A stretch of DNA of 64,000 bases from a virus. Each line of letters starts with the position of its first letter. The stretch's first letter is position 1. Of the stretch, positions 10,206-21,126 are shown in pieces. Location: positions 32,001-96,000 of IMG/VR virus record IMGVR_UViG_3300011116_000834; one strand, 5' to 3'. Both the position numbers and the translations under genes were made by a program. Below the pieces are notes generated by a model, which had not been told where the DNA came from, searched no databases, and worked only from the letters and a program-made list of their open reading frames with translations.

Positions 10206-11347
10206 TGTTATCCACAATATTAAACTCTCAGCAACCAACAGTAAGATCCAAACTTGCAGAACTTGCAAGTGTGATCGATGAATTGCAATTATTGGTATTT
10301 GATACAGGAACCTGTGGGGTTCAATACGATATAACTAATCAGATTCCTCTATGGGTCATATTTGAAAAACAAGATAGAGAAGCAGCAAATCAAGATGGAT
10401 TGTCCATCTTTGATTTTGTTCAGAAGTATTATGATTGGTTATATTGTGATAATACTACTGGTGCTGGGTATGAGTTGAGTTCAAATTTTTTAGATCTAAT
10501 TGATATCGAAAAAACAAGAACTACCTTTCTGGAAAGATTATCACAAACATATGTTGATGGGTTTGATCTGAAGGGTCTTGAACACAATGGTGGACTTATA
10601 ACTGCCGACAATCTGACCAAGTTCATGAAAGGCGTGCGAAGAACATTCTATCATAAAAAAACCACTGAAGATGGAATTCGATATTTTTTCAAGACTTTAT
10701 TTGGAATAGATGAAGAAGATGTGAAAATACAAGTTCCAAAGAAAATAATATTAAGACTCAATGGTGGTAGATTCTATGATGAGAATTTTAAATTCTCTGG
10801 AAGAACTGGTTCATATGATCTTATTGGAACTCTCAGTGGAAGTTATCTAAATGGTTCAAGAATACAGGATGGCAATTGGATTCAGGATTGGTCATATCTT
10901 CTAAGTGTCGGTATACTTGCCAACGAATATAAAAATTCATATCTAAATATTGCTCATCCAGCAGGCATGAAAGTCGTCTTCGAGAAGACTCTTGCAGATT
11001 ATCAAGGTCCAACATTTGATGAAACCATACCATTTGTATGCGAATTGCCACGCTTGGGCAATTATGCTCCATATGGAATTTCCTATGACTATAAAGGACG
11101 CACTGCTGGAATCTATGGACCTGCTGGATCTTGGTCTGGATCGGGAATAACATTTGTAGGAATTACAGCAAATACAGGATGCTGTGCAACCCTCTATAAT
11201 GGATTCACAGGACCAAGTTACTTATTTCCAAACTGGACTGATCAGCATGATGTTTATAATTTTAAAGATCTATATATTGGTACAATGTTGGAATTATGTT
11301 ATCCATCCGATATAGGATCACCCAATGCTGGTGCTGCATGTTCATAA
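10205..11347 (+). CDS. gp7: Baseplate wedge initiator (short gp7-like)
   Basis: 'FVQKYYDWL', 'FY..K.T..GIRYFFKTLFG', 'IQD....QDWSY', 'HPAGMKV'; lies between gp6 and gp8. Confidence 0.75.
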   Translation: MLSTILNSQQPTVRSKLAELASVIDELQLLVFDTGTCGVQYDITNQIPLWVIFEKQDREAANQDGLSIFDFVQKYYDWLYCDNTTGAGYELSSNFLDLIDIEKTRTTFLERLSQTYVDGFDLKGLEHNGGLITADNLTKFMKGVRRTFYHKKTTEDGIRYFFKTLFGIDEEDVKIQVPKKIILRLNGGRFYDENFKFSGRTGSYDLIGTLSGSYLNGSRIQDGNWIQDWSYLLSVGILANEYKNSYLNIAHPAGMKVVFEKTLADYQGPTFDETIPFVCELPRLGNYAPYGISYDYKGRTAGIYGPAGSWSGSGITFVGITANTGCCATLYNGFTGPSYLFPNWTDQHDVYNFKDLYIGTMLELCYPSDIGSPNAGAACS

Positions 11348-11358
11348 AGCGATAAAAG

Positions 11359-13107
11359 ATGAGTACAAAAAGTCAAAATACTAAAAACTTCATAAATCAA
11401 ACAGGTGTTCAAAAACAACTGTTTGTCTTTGTAGGATCCGATACCACAAATAGCACCTCAAATTCAACTCAAACAGCAATTGATATATGGAACCATTCAG
11501 ATTTTGCTTTGCGAGTTGGACAAAATAGTGTTTCGGCAGTTGTTCCAAATTACAAATGGATTGCTAAAAGAGCATATACTCCATGGTCTTCGGAAAATTC
11601 AAACACTGGCAATTTTTACGCATATAATGATCAAAATGGATATGTCTATGTCTGCATATCTGATAATGCCAGTAATATTGTCACAACTTATAAAAATATC
11701 TCCAACATCAGACCTACGCATATTTCTGGAATTGAAACATATTCAGATGGATATTCCTGGTTGTGTTTATATAAGATTACTCCATCTTACGAGAGATTCA
11801 TAACATCAAAATGGATTCCTGTATTTTCATTTGATACATTTGATGCCACGGAACAGCAAACTCAATTGCAACAAACTCAAACATTTTGCGATTCTTCTAC
11901 TGGAGAAATTGGAAAATGTGCGATCTATGCAAAACTTGCTTTAAGCACAGATGATGATGCTGGAACAATTGAATATCAATCTGGAGCATTGTTTACTATT
12001 GCAGAAAACATAACATGCAGTGATTGTTACTATTTGATGTATAACAATGATAAATTTACATCAGTATTCTATTCCATCTCCGATACTATACCATCAACCA
12101 TGGTTGTAAAGGATGCATATGAGCAAGTGGGAGATCTTATACTTGAAAATCAATTATCAAGCGCATCTCCATATTATTATCTGTATAACATCAATGAAAA
12201 TTCAAATCTAAATGATGGATGTATACTTTCTGCATTTCTAGATCTTAGATCATTCACAAATGATCAATTAATCGTCAATCAAGAAAATCCAGAATTTACA
12301 ATTTCTAGCAATACTGGTTCTGATGGCAGAATTAGATTACTTACAAATATAATTCAAGATTCATATGTTATAACTGGAATTGAAGTCATTTCTAGGGGAT
12401 CCAATTATAAAGAAATCATTCTTGATATGAATGATTCAATTTTCAATGGTATAAGTGCCTCCACATTGATTGATAAAATCAATGTCAATTTGGATAAAAT
12501 CGATCATATCGGAATAGATCCAGTTTCTGTTCTAGGTGCTGAACATGCGATGATTGATGCTAGAATAGAAAAGAAAACATTAACAGATGCGGGAATAGGA
12601 ATTCCTCAAGTTGTAAATTTCTTTGGTCTTATTGAAAATCCTATCGGAATATCTGGATCGATTGAAGTTATTTCGGGAAGTGATTTTAATAAAAAAGTAG
12701 ATATATTATATCGAACTACTATAAAGGCAGGAATTTCAGTTTTGGGATCAAGTAGTATTTTGCCAATTACTGATGAAGTATATGATACAACAACACCAAA
12801 AGGAGAACCAATTAGCGATTTGACTATAGGTGGAATTGATAATATCATCAGTGGTGTTACTTCTAGTTGTGTGGCAGAAATTAAAAATGTCCCATATCAA
12901 AATGCAACAGATTTAATCGATTCTGTATTGGTTGGTCCTATTGGAGGATTTCCAAAAACAGGTTCAACTATAGACACAATAGAAGAAATTCCAACATTTG
13001 TTCAATATACTGGAAGTATATTATCGACTACTAAGTTGACATCAGATCTTCCAATATCTGATGTAGATTCTATAATTATTCGTATAAATATGGTTAGAGG
13101 AATGTAA
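11359..13107 (+). CDS. gp8: Baseplate wedge subunit gp8
   Basis: 'VVP...W', 'FY......VYVCI.', 'PTH......SDGYSWLCLY', 'F.T..WIP', 'GIEVISRGSNY', 'G.DPV..LGA'. Confidence 0.82.
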   Translation: MSTKSQNTKNFINQTGVQKQLFVFVGSDTTNSTSNSTQTAIDIWNHSDFALRVGQNSVSAVVPNYKWIAKRAYTPWSSENSNTGNFYAYNDQNGYVYVCISDNASNIVTTYKNISNIRPTHISGIETYSDGYSWLCLYKITPSYERFITSKWIPVFSFDTFDATEQQTQLQQTQTFCDSSTGEIGKCAIYAKLALSTDDDAGTIEYQSGALFTIAENITCSDCYYLMYNNDKFTSVFYSISDTIPSTMVVKDAYEQVGDLILENQLSSASPYYYLYNINENSNLNDGCILSAFLDLRSFTNDQLIVNQENPEFTISSNTGSDGRIRLLTNIIQDSYVITGIEVISRGSNYKEIILDMNDSIFNGISASTLIDKINVNLDKIDHIGIDPVSVLGAEHAMIDARIEKKTLTDAGIGIPQVVNFFGLIENPIGISGSIEVISGSDFNKKVDILYRTTIKAGISVLGSSSILPITDEVYDTTTPKGEPISDLTIGGIDNIISGVTSSCVAEIKNVPYQNATDLIDSVLVGPIGGFPKTGSTIDTIEEIPTFVQYTGSILSTTKLTSDLPISDVDSIIIRINMVRGM

Positions 13108-13814
13108 TGAAAGCACCATTTGGAACACTACCGCTATCTGAAGCACCATTTTTAAGTAGAATATCTACTCAATATGATAATGGAAAAAACTATTATTTAA
13201 CAGGATTCAATCCTGGATATGCATTGCAGGCATCAGAATTGAATGAACTTCAAGAATCTTTTTTCTTAAATTCTAGTCTTATGCATAGATCTCATGCTTC
13301 TTGGGTGAATCAGGGATATAACATTCCAGTATGGGATGGATGTGTTCCATTTGATCCTACCAGCATTATTGTTACAGTAAATAGTGTTGGTGCTTCTACT
13401 GCTAATTTTACAGTTACAATTCCAAATGGATGGTTTCTATGGACAGAAAAAACTTCAGGATTGAATTTTTGGGTCTATAATAATCTCACAGATACGGAAT
13501 TTTCCTTTACAACTACATCTGGAATAGGTTCCACCGAATATGTGGGATTTATGATTTCAAATGATACCATCAATTGCTGTCAGGCAGGCAATTGCTTGGA
13601 AAATCAAGATGCTACTTTACGAGACAATTCATCAGGATTGACTGATACTTATTATACATGTGGTGCTTCTCGTAAGAAAGCAACCTTTGATGATGCTGTA
13701 ATACTCACAAGCACTACAGCATCTGATTTTTATCCATTGCTAAAGATAACAATAGACACGATATCCAGTGCGAGTTTTGCATTCATTGATGATCAATCCA
13801 TAACTGTAGGATAA
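13107..13814 (+). CDS. Short VrlC/DUF4815-like virion structural protein (N-terminal domain only)
   Basis: 'KNYY...FNPG.ALQASELNELQ' motif; follows gp8. Confidence 0.65.
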   Translation: MKAPFGTLPLSEAPFLSRISTQYDNGKNYYLTGFNPGYALQASELNELQESFFLNSSLMHRSHASWVNQGYNIPVWDGCVPFDPTSIIVTVNSVGASTANFTVTIPNGWFLWTEKTSGLNFWVYNNLTDTEFSFTTTSGIGSTEYVGFMISNDTINCCQAGNCLENQDATLRDNSSGLTDTYYTCGASRKKATFDDAVILTSTTASDFYPLLKITIDTISSASFAFIDDQSITVG

Positions 13815-13831
13815 CATAGTAGGAAATTGAA

Positions 13832-16144
13832 ATGGCTTTTAACACCACAATAAATCAATTAACAGGTACTTCGACATTCTATGATTGGTTCATAAAAGAG
13901 AACAATGAAATCATTGCTAAACTCAATCAGGCAACCGTATCTGGAGTTACTAGTGGAGATGGTGTTCTTGCATCGCTCAACTCTACCAGTGGATTGGTGA
14001 CAGTTTCAATAGGTGGAACTTCTGGTAATATTCAGTCTGGTCTTACTTTCTCTGGATCTGTAAATTTCTTAGGAGAGACCATTGTTCCAAATGCTTCCTT
14101 CAAGATATACGGAATTACATCTGGAACTTCTGGTTATAGTTTTGGTTCAGTAGTTCGTGTGACCAGCACTGGATATACTCTTGCACTTGCAAATAATCCA
14201 GATTCGGCAGAAATGATTGGTATTCTATCTGGAATCACAAATGCCTATTCAGTTGTCACTGTTTCTGGAAAAGTCTCTGGTAATTTTACCTCAGTTGCTG
14301 GATCTACTCTTTCAACTGGATGTGTATATTTCTTAAGTCCTTCATCTGCTGGACAAATAACCACAAGCGAACCAAGTACAATTGGATATGTCTCAAAACC
14401 AGTTCTTATTGGTCTGGGTGAAACAGCAGGAATGGTTGTCCAATATCGTGGCAATTACCTAAATTCAACAACAAGTGGTGGTCTCTCTGGAACAAATAAG
14501 ATCTATATAACTCTTCCTGCATCCTCGAATCCAGGATCATATGGATTTTCCGCTGGTAATTTCTTATCCTATGCCGCAGATCAAATGGTTGGAAATACCT
14601 ATTTTCACAAATATCTCATCGATACTGGAAGAACAGCAATAAATGGATGGTTCCTTTCGGGATCAAGCAATTTTACAAATACCACTCCTCTTACCATGGC
14701 AGAATATGGAATAAATGGTGAGGAGGATTTTGTTGTAGGAATGGTTGAAGGAGTCAGTACTAGTGGTGCCAATCTCATCTATCAATTGGTAACTCATGGC
14801 GCATCAACAGTAATTCCATATAGCATTAGTTCCACTGCAACCTCCAAGGTCGGAACCTGGTTGACAAAGGGTACCACATATAATATATCTGGAACTGGCA
14901 TAACTCAGATGGCAAAGGTCACATACAATCAATATAATCCAAGTCTCAGATTGGGATTTGTATTTGATGAGACCATTCCATATTGGTATATCGATATTGC
15001 CAAGGTCAATTTGAATTCAGCTGGATCTGTTCTATCTTCATTGACTGGAACCTCCTCAATGGCAAATGCTCAAAATTATGCCTTCAACGGTAATTTTGAA
15101 ATATGGCAAAGAAATGTTGGAAAATCTGCATATACTACAGCAGGTAATGTGTATTTTGCTGATAATTGGATTCGTCGTCAATCTGGTCTTGCTGGAGCAG
15201 TTCAAAGCATTCTTCGTCAAACCAATTCAACCACAAGTACTGATATAGAAGGAAATCCAACTTATTATGTTGATGTAAAGTGTGTTGCGGATCCAGGTGG
15301 CAGTACTCCTGCTTCGGATACCTACTCAATTGGACATGTAATTGAAAATATCAATACATTCAATGGTTCTAATATCACTGTAAGTTTCTACGCTAAATGT
15401 GCATTATCTGGTTATAGTGCGAATGTATATTTCGCTCGTTATTCTGGTGGTGTTCTTGTAAGCAAGTCCACAATAGAAACTATAGATCTTGCTACTTCAT
15501 GGACCAAATATACATCATCATATGAAGTTCCAACATTAACGGGAACTCCTCCATTTAGCGATGATTATGTTGAAATTGGAATTGATCTCATTCCGACAGT
15601 ACAACGAGCATATGACCTTTCATTATCAACGGGAACAAATTTAACTGTAAGTGTTGCATCATTTACAGTATATGATGGTATCTACAATTCACCATCTCAT
15701 ACCTTTGATAAGGTTGAAAATCAACTCAAAAAATGTCAAAAATTCTATTATTCGACATATTCCAATACGCAGACGATTGGAACACAAACTATGCTTGCCA
15801 ATGGTGAACCTGTTTTAAATTCCTATGTGTTCTCCTATCTTCCAAATACACCATTCTCTGTTGCAAAACTTCCAGTGGATATGCGTGCAGAACCTTCTGT
15901 GACAATCTATTCACCTCAAAGTGGCATTTCAACTGAAATGTATAACTACACATCAGGAAGAGATCTTCGTTATAGTGGAAGAACAGTTGGATATAACAAC
16001 CAAAGCAGAATTCCAACTCTTGGATCACCATCTGTAAGCACAGTCCAAGATACAACATCTATTCGAATTAATATTGGTGCGGGTGCGGTTCCTTATGATG
16101 TGTTAAATTGTCACATTGTCGCAGATGCCAGTTATCCCATCTAA
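13832..16144 (+). CDS. Tail fibre/baseplate-attached protein with a C-terminal carbohydrate-binding-like domain
   Basis: N-terminal 'TFYDW..K.N' anchor motif; 'NYAFNGNFEIWQR...ADNW', 'TVSFYAK' and 'LKKCQKFY' motifs common in phage fibre proteins; Ser/Thr/Gly-rich. Confidence 0.6.
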   Translation: MAFNTTINQLTGTSTFYDWFIKENNEIIAKLNQATVSGVTSGDGVLASLNSTSGLVTVSIGGTSGNIQSGLTFSGSVNFLGETIVPNASFKIYGITSGTSGYSFGSVVRVTSTGYTLALANNPDSAEMIGILSGITNAYSVVTVSGKVSGNFTSVAGSTLSTGCVYFLSPSSAGQITTSEPSTIGYVSKPVLIGLGETAGMVVQYRGNYLNSTTSGGLSGTNKIYITLPASSNPGSYGFSAGNFLSYAADQMVGNTYFHKYLIDTGRTAINGWFLSGSSNFTNTTPLTMAEYGINGEEDFVVGMVEGVSTSGANLIYQLVTHGASTVIPYSISSTATSKVGTWLTKGTTYNISGTGITQMAKVTYNQYNPSLRLGFVFDETIPYWYIDIAKVNLNSAGSVLSSLTGTSSMANAQNYAFNGNFEIWQRNVGKSAYTTAGNVYFADNWIRRQSGLAGAVQSILRQTNSTTSTDIEGNPTYYVDVKCVADPGGSTPASDTYSIGHVIENINTFNGSNITVSFYAKCALSGYSANVYFARYSGGVLVSKSTIETIDLATSWTKYTSSYEVPTLTGTPPFSDDYVEIGIDLIPTVQRAYDLSLSTGTNLTVSVASFTVYDGIYNSPSHTFDKVENQLKKCQKFYYSTYSNTQTIGTQTMLANGEPVLNSYVFSYLPNTPFSVAKLPVDMRAEPSVTIYSPQSGISTEMYNYTSGRDLRYSGRTVGYNNQSRIPTLGSPSVSTVQDTTSIRINIGAGAVPYDVLNCHIVADASYPI

Positions 16145-16155
16145 TGGAGTAAACC

Positions 16156-17286
16156 ATGCCTAGTTGCAGTAATAGTTCCAATATCCAATCATCGATCAAT
16201 TCTCTTAGCGTAGTGCAAGGAGGATCTAGACTTCTGGTATCTATTCCATATACCGCAGGTCTGACCACTGGAAGCGTGGTTCGTTATGATGTGCCAACTT
16301 CTGGATTCACTGCATCAAAAGCAAATCTAGCAGAAACCTCCGAAGTATTTGGAGTTATTGAAACCTATGACTCCACCACTTCATTGTTTGGCGTTGTTAT
16401 TTATGGATCTATTTCCTTGGATTCTTCCAAATTTGCAGATATGGGCAGTGGTGGTGGTTCTGGAGGAAATGACATCTACTTTTTAAGTGGATTGACCGCT
16501 GGCAAATTACAAAATCTAGCACCAACTGATCTTGAACATGTTGTAAAACCAGTATATCAAGTATCTCCACATGGTTCATATACTGGTGTGATTGTAAATT
16601 ACCTTGGTTACAAGATAGGTGGAGATATACAGGCAAGTTATAAAAATGCCGAAGTAATTGGTAATATTCAGATAGTTGTAGGAGATGCCACCTTTGAAGA
16701 AGGTTATGTGGATGCTTCCATAGCACATGCATTACCAGTTTCGGATTATCCTGAATATTATGAAAAATATGGAACTAAGTATGGATATATTGAAAAGGTA
16801 ACTACTACTGATTCTATCCCTGGATCTGTTGTTCCGAATCAGATTGCTTCGCAATCATCATCTTCATATAAAGGAACAGTTGTATCGATAGATTATGGGA
16901 ATAAAGACATCTATTTGTATAAAGAAGCATTGACCGATCTTGCCTCGACTACTAAACAATTAGCAGTTAATACAAGTGCATCTACTAGTTCAAAACTAAC
17001 GATAGATTCGCTTGAAATATATTCCGTATATACTCCAATTGTCACTCTTACCCAACCACTTTCCGTAACTGGAAAAAATGGTGAGAATGTATCTATAACT
17101 CAACAAATTAAAATTGGATTTAAAGTTAAACCAATTGGAGTTCAAGTGTCAATTCCAACCAATGTAACCACAGAATCTTTAGCAACTACAACATTAGCAC
17201 TTGGAACATCTGGAGATGATGTAGAAACCATATTGAATGACTTTGAATCAAGAATATCAGCTATTGAATCAAGATTGAGAATGTAA
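16156..17286 (+). CDS. Virion structural protein sharing a domain with the upstream gene
   Basis: 'GSVVR...A.AN....E..G.....YFLS....G......P.....KPV' occurs in both ORFs; short C-terminal coiled coil (FESRISAIESRL). Confidence 0.55.
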   Translation: MPSCSNSSNIQSSINSLSVVQGGSRLLVSIPYTAGLTTGSVVRYDVPTSGFTASKANLAETSEVFGVIETYDSTTSLFGVVIYGSISLDSSKFADMGSGGGSGGNDIYFLSGLTAGKLQNLAPTDLEHVVKPVYQVSPHGSYTGVIVNYLGYKIGGDIQASYKNAEVIGNIQIVVGDATFEEGYVDASIAHALPVSDYPEYYEKYGTKYGYIEKVTTTDSIPGSVVPNQIASQSSSSYKGTVVSIDYGNKDIYLYKEALTDLASTTKQLAVNTSASTSSKLTIDSLEIYSVYTPIVTLTQPLSVTGKNGENVSITQQIKIGFKVKPIGVQVSIPTNVTTESLATTTLALGTSGDDVETILNDFESRISAIESRLRM

Positions 17287-17287
17287 T

Positions 17288-20200
17288 ATGATTATAGGTA
17301 GTAGTCCATATCTTCAAAGAAAAATATTAGGAATAACTGGTCCAACTGGAGCAACTGGAATCACTGGTCCAGATGGTCATATTGGTGCCACTGGATATCA
17401 GGGAAACACTGGAAATACAGGTGGTAGTGTAGTTGGAATGACTTTGTCAAATTCAACTGTAATTACTACATTTTCCGATAATACTACATTTGTAGGAAGC
17501 AATATTCTAGGAGAAACTGGAAATTATTATATTTCAGTTGGTGCTGAAAATATTTCTGGAAATGGTATTGGAGTTGTTGCTGGAGTTTCATATTCAACAT
17601 TATCCAATGGAAATCTTCTAGGAAATGTCCGTATTCGTGGATTTACGACTTCGTCTTCCAGAACTGGAAATGCAGTTGTATCGATAAATGGTTCATTTGA
17701 TTCTCCAAATATTGGAATAACCTACAATTTAACAAATATTGCATATCTTGGTATATGTGGTGGTTCCAATGGTGAACTTATTGTTTATAAATCTGGTACA
17801 GAATTTTATGGATTGACTGGAACATATTACGATAGTACAGATAAAACTGTCGATATGCAAGTCATGAATTATGGTGAAAGAGTTCACTTTGTTCAACCAA
17901 TTAAAAAATCAATATATGATCCAGATACTGGAAATCAAACTGTTGGTAGATATTTCTATTGGCCTATTGATTGGGAAAAGGCAAATGTATTTGTATTGAA
18001 TTCCTTTGAAAGTAGTATAATTCCAGGTGAAAGAATCGATGGGCAAATTGTATTAGTACGCAATCCCCCATCTGGCGATGTTGCTAAAGGCATCACTATA
18101 GTAGTTCCTTCTGGCGTTACATCATCGAATAGTATCTTAACAAAATATGCAGTTACTGATACATTATCGACAGGAATTACTCTTGATATTGGAACATATT
18201 CCATTTCATGGCCATTATCCTATCCTCCATGTCTTACAACTGGAACTGATGTAATCAATATGATTTCATTGGATAATATCTGGTATGCAAATTTTGGTAA
18301 ATATAATAGTGGAACAGAACAAGTTCAATGGAACGCAGATTATTCTAATTGCTTAGGATCATTGAATCTTCAAGATGATCAAGTCACAAATCCAAATATT
18401 GGAACAGGAACACAGGGACCTCCACTTGATCCAATTTGTGGAACCAATCTCAATACCATAGGATTATGTTGCATTGCATGTTCATCTGGAGATTCCACCG
18501 TTACAACTTGTGAAGCGTGCAAACCACTTATTCAACAAGGTGTTGCTAGATTCTTCCCAGATCAAGGTGATGGATATCTAGGATGCACAGCAGAAACAGA
18601 TGTTAGAGGTATTTGCTGCTATAAAGATGTAAATGGCAATATAGTCAAGGATAGCGATCCACTTGGAATTCGTCTATGCGACTGCACAAGAAAAGCAAAT
18701 GCTTTTGTGGGACGACCTTGGTACAATTGGGAAGAATTCAGCGACTGTGTGCCCAACATTGATGCAATTAATTGTCAAAATTCATATGATAATGTAGGAG
18801 CATGTTGCGATGGATCTGGCAATTGCACATCCACAACTCAGGCAAACTGCACAAAATATTGGCAAGGAAAAGGTCGTGCTTGTTCATATTCTAATGGATT
18901 CAACACGATCTCTCCATGTCGTCAAGGTGCTGGTGGTTGCTGCAAGAATGGAATATGCAATGATGTAGTCGATGGTCAGACGAATTGCATTGATACTAAC
19001 GGTAAATTCTTTGGTTGTAATAATTACTGTGGTTCATTTGAATGTTCCATTGCATATAAGGGATGTTCTTGTGGCACCTCATTGACAGAAGATGCTTTCG
19101 TGGTTGAACAGCATTTATCATCTTCTAATGCTATATTACCAGATACCTGGGCATTCGAGCAACAAGGCAATCCAGCAGGAAGTGGAACTCTTACTCATCA
19201 ACTTAAGATTGGTGATGAATTTGCTGGAGGAATCGTCGCTGGTATTTTTAAACCAAAGGGAACTAGATGCTTTGGATCAACTGCAATGGGTGGTGTCCCT
19301 GCTGCTTATACTCCAGCAAAGAATGATGATAGTATTGCTTCTCACAATTTATTCAATTTTTTGAATACTTCATCTGAATCTAGTTGCGATTATTATTATA
19401 GTCAATACGATCCTTCTGGATATGGTTTCACTTTGCCAAGTGGACATAATGGCGATGAAGATGGTTGGTTATTGATTGTTAGTAAATTTCCAGTAATTAT
19501 AGATCAATATTATAATAATATACACAATACTGTAACATCTGGCGTAAATGGAAACCATCAGGCAGTTCCTTCTTCAGTTTTAAGTGGAACTGCTCCTGCA
19601 TTTCCTGCTACTACAAATTATGAAAATGGCACACCAACAACACTGAATGTCAATACAGGATCTCAATCAAATCAAGCAAGATATATCTATTCAAAGAATT
19701 TTAGATTAACTCATGGTGGAACTGCATTCTCATCCGTAGCATTTGATAAATTTACAGCTACAGCACCATCTACAACAGAACAATCAAGATCAAATTGGAA
19801 TCTTTGTGATTCACATCATCCAGGATCAAATATTCCACACGATGGTACATATGGAACAATAGGTGCTACTTATTGGGCAAATACCACCACATTCAATGAC
19901 TGTGCGGATACTCAATATACATGCAATGAATGCGCTGATTATCCGTTTGCCAGATCTAGAAGAGGTTGGGAATCTACTAAGGCAAGTCAGAATGGTAATT
20001 TCAGTAGAAATTGGGGATTATTTAATACAATAAGAATTATTAATTCTGATATATCTGAAATATATCTTCGACCTGGAAATGGTTTATATCCTGATTCTAA
20101 TAGAATTTTCTATGGCGGAAGACCATATACAGGTCTAGATCCAGATCCAGGATATACAGGACTATTTCAAATGGCAGGAACATTTGGATATACTCTTGCA

Positions 20201-21112
20201 TATCAATTAACTACTGCTGGAGAAGCATGTTCAATTTGGAATCGTTATTATTATCCATCTGATATTCCACCAAATCCAACATCTCCAACATTAACAAGTT
20301 TTGTTGCAGGAAAACAATTTGTTCCAAATGCAAATCGTCCAGATGGAACTCAATACAATAATGCAATCATTGGAAACACTCAATGGCTGGGAACTTTATA
20401 TCCTCAATTATCAAGATGGTATATTCCCAGCATTGATGAATTGGCATTCATTGCCGCACAATGCGTAGATCCTGTTGTGAATCTACAACAGAAAATTGCC
20501 GATGCTAAGGGAATAAGAATAGGAAATCTATTTGCAAATTCCACAACGCAAAATGCATTACCATCAACAGATGCAAATGCTGGATATGTATGGTCTTCTA
20601 CCATGACATTCAATGAAGTAGTGACTGCACAATATCTACAACCAGTAAATATAAGTCAACCTGGTGCAACTTCTGGTGGAGCATATACTGCGGCACAATT
20701 GACTAATGCTCATTTTACTAAAGCTTGGGCAATGAAATTCGATACTGGAACTGCTGCTGTTCTTCCAAATACTACTGCATTTAAAGTTGCAAAACGCAAT
20801 TCACAAAAATTATTAAATGATAATACAAATAATAGATTTGAATTGCGTTTAGTAAGACAGATAAGATGTGATCGTAAATTCTATTGGAATGGCGATAATA
20901 CAAGATATAGAAATACATTCTGGGCAGTTCCACGACTCACGCCATCAGATGTAGTCACTGGAATGCCTTTTGAAAATGCAGGACCTGTTGGATCTGCTGG
21001 ATTTACATTCCCAAATGCTACAAATCTTTCTTCATATATCAATGACCTAAATACTTTTATTGGAACTATTCATAAGAATAATATAAACAATACTGGTACT
21101 ATAACAGGATAA
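17288..21112 (+). CDS. Cys-rich tail fibre-like protein: collagen-like N-terminus, GxCC repeats, DUF1566/Lcl-like C-terminal domain
   Basis: GPTGATG repeats; GLCC, GICC, GACC and GGCC modules; 'LKIGDEFAGGIVAG', 'WYIPSIDEL', 'VWSST', 'RLVRQI'. Confidence 0.6.
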   Translation: MIIGSSPYLQRKILGITGPTGATGITGPDGHIGATGYQGNTGNTGGSVVGMTLSNSTVITTFSDNTTFVGSNILGETGNYYISVGAENISGNGIGVVAGVSYSTLSNGNLLGNVRIRGFTTSSSRTGNAVVSINGSFDSPNIGITYNLTNIAYLGICGGSNGELIVYKSGTEFYGLTGTYYDSTDKTVDMQVMNYGERVHFVQPIKKSIYDPDTGNQTVGRYFYWPIDWEKANVFVLNSFESSIIPGERIDGQIVLVRNPPSGDVAKGITIVVPSGVTSSNSILTKYAVTDTLSTGITLDIGTYSISWPLSYPPCLTTGTDVINMISLDNIWYANFGKYNSGTEQVQWNADYSNCLGSLNLQDDQVTNPNIGTGTQGPPLDPICGTNLNTIGLCCIACSSGDSTVTTCEACKPLIQQGVARFFPDQGDGYLGCTAETDVRGICCYKDVNGNIVKDSDPLGIRLCDCTRKANAFVGRPWYNWEEFSDCVPNIDAINCQNSYDNVGACCDGSGNCTSTTQANCTKYWQGKGRACSYSNGFNTISPCRQGAGGCCKNGICNDVVDGQTNCIDTNGKFFGCNNYCGSFECSIAYKGCSCGTSLTEDAFVVEQHLSSSNAILPDTWAFEQQGNPAGSGTLTHQLKIGDEFAGGIVAGIFKPKGTRCFGSTAMGGVPAAYTPAKNDDSIASHNLFNFLNTSSESSCDYYYSQYDPSGYGFTLPSGHNGDEDGWLLIVSKFPVIIDQYYNNIHNTVTSGVNGNHQAVPSSVLSGTAPAFPATTNYENGTPTTLNVNTGSQSNQARYIYSKNFRLTHGGTAFSSVAFDKFTATAPSTTEQSRSNWNLCDSHHPGSNIPHDGTYGTIGATYWANTTTFNDCADTQYTCNECADYPFARSRRGWESTKASQNGNFSRNWGLFNTIRIINSDISEIYLRPGNGLYPDSNRIFYGGRPYTGLDPDPGYTGLFQMAGTFGYTLAYQLTTAGEACSIWNRYYYPSDIPPNPTSPTLTSFVAGKQFVPNANRPDGTQYNNAIIGNTQWLGTLYPQLSRWYIPSIDELAFIAAQCVDPVVNLQQKIADAKGIRIGNLFANSTTQNALPSTDANAGYVWSSTMTFNEVVTAQYLQPVNISQPGATSGGAYTAAQLTNAHFTKAWAMKFDTGTAAVLPNTTAFKVAKRNSQKLLNDNTNNRFELRLVRQIRCDRKFYWNGDNTRYRNTFWAVPRLTPSDVVTGMPFENAGPVGSAGFTFPNATNLSSYINDLNTFIGTIHKNNINNTGTITG

Positions 21113-21126
21113 TTGGAAACAATAAA

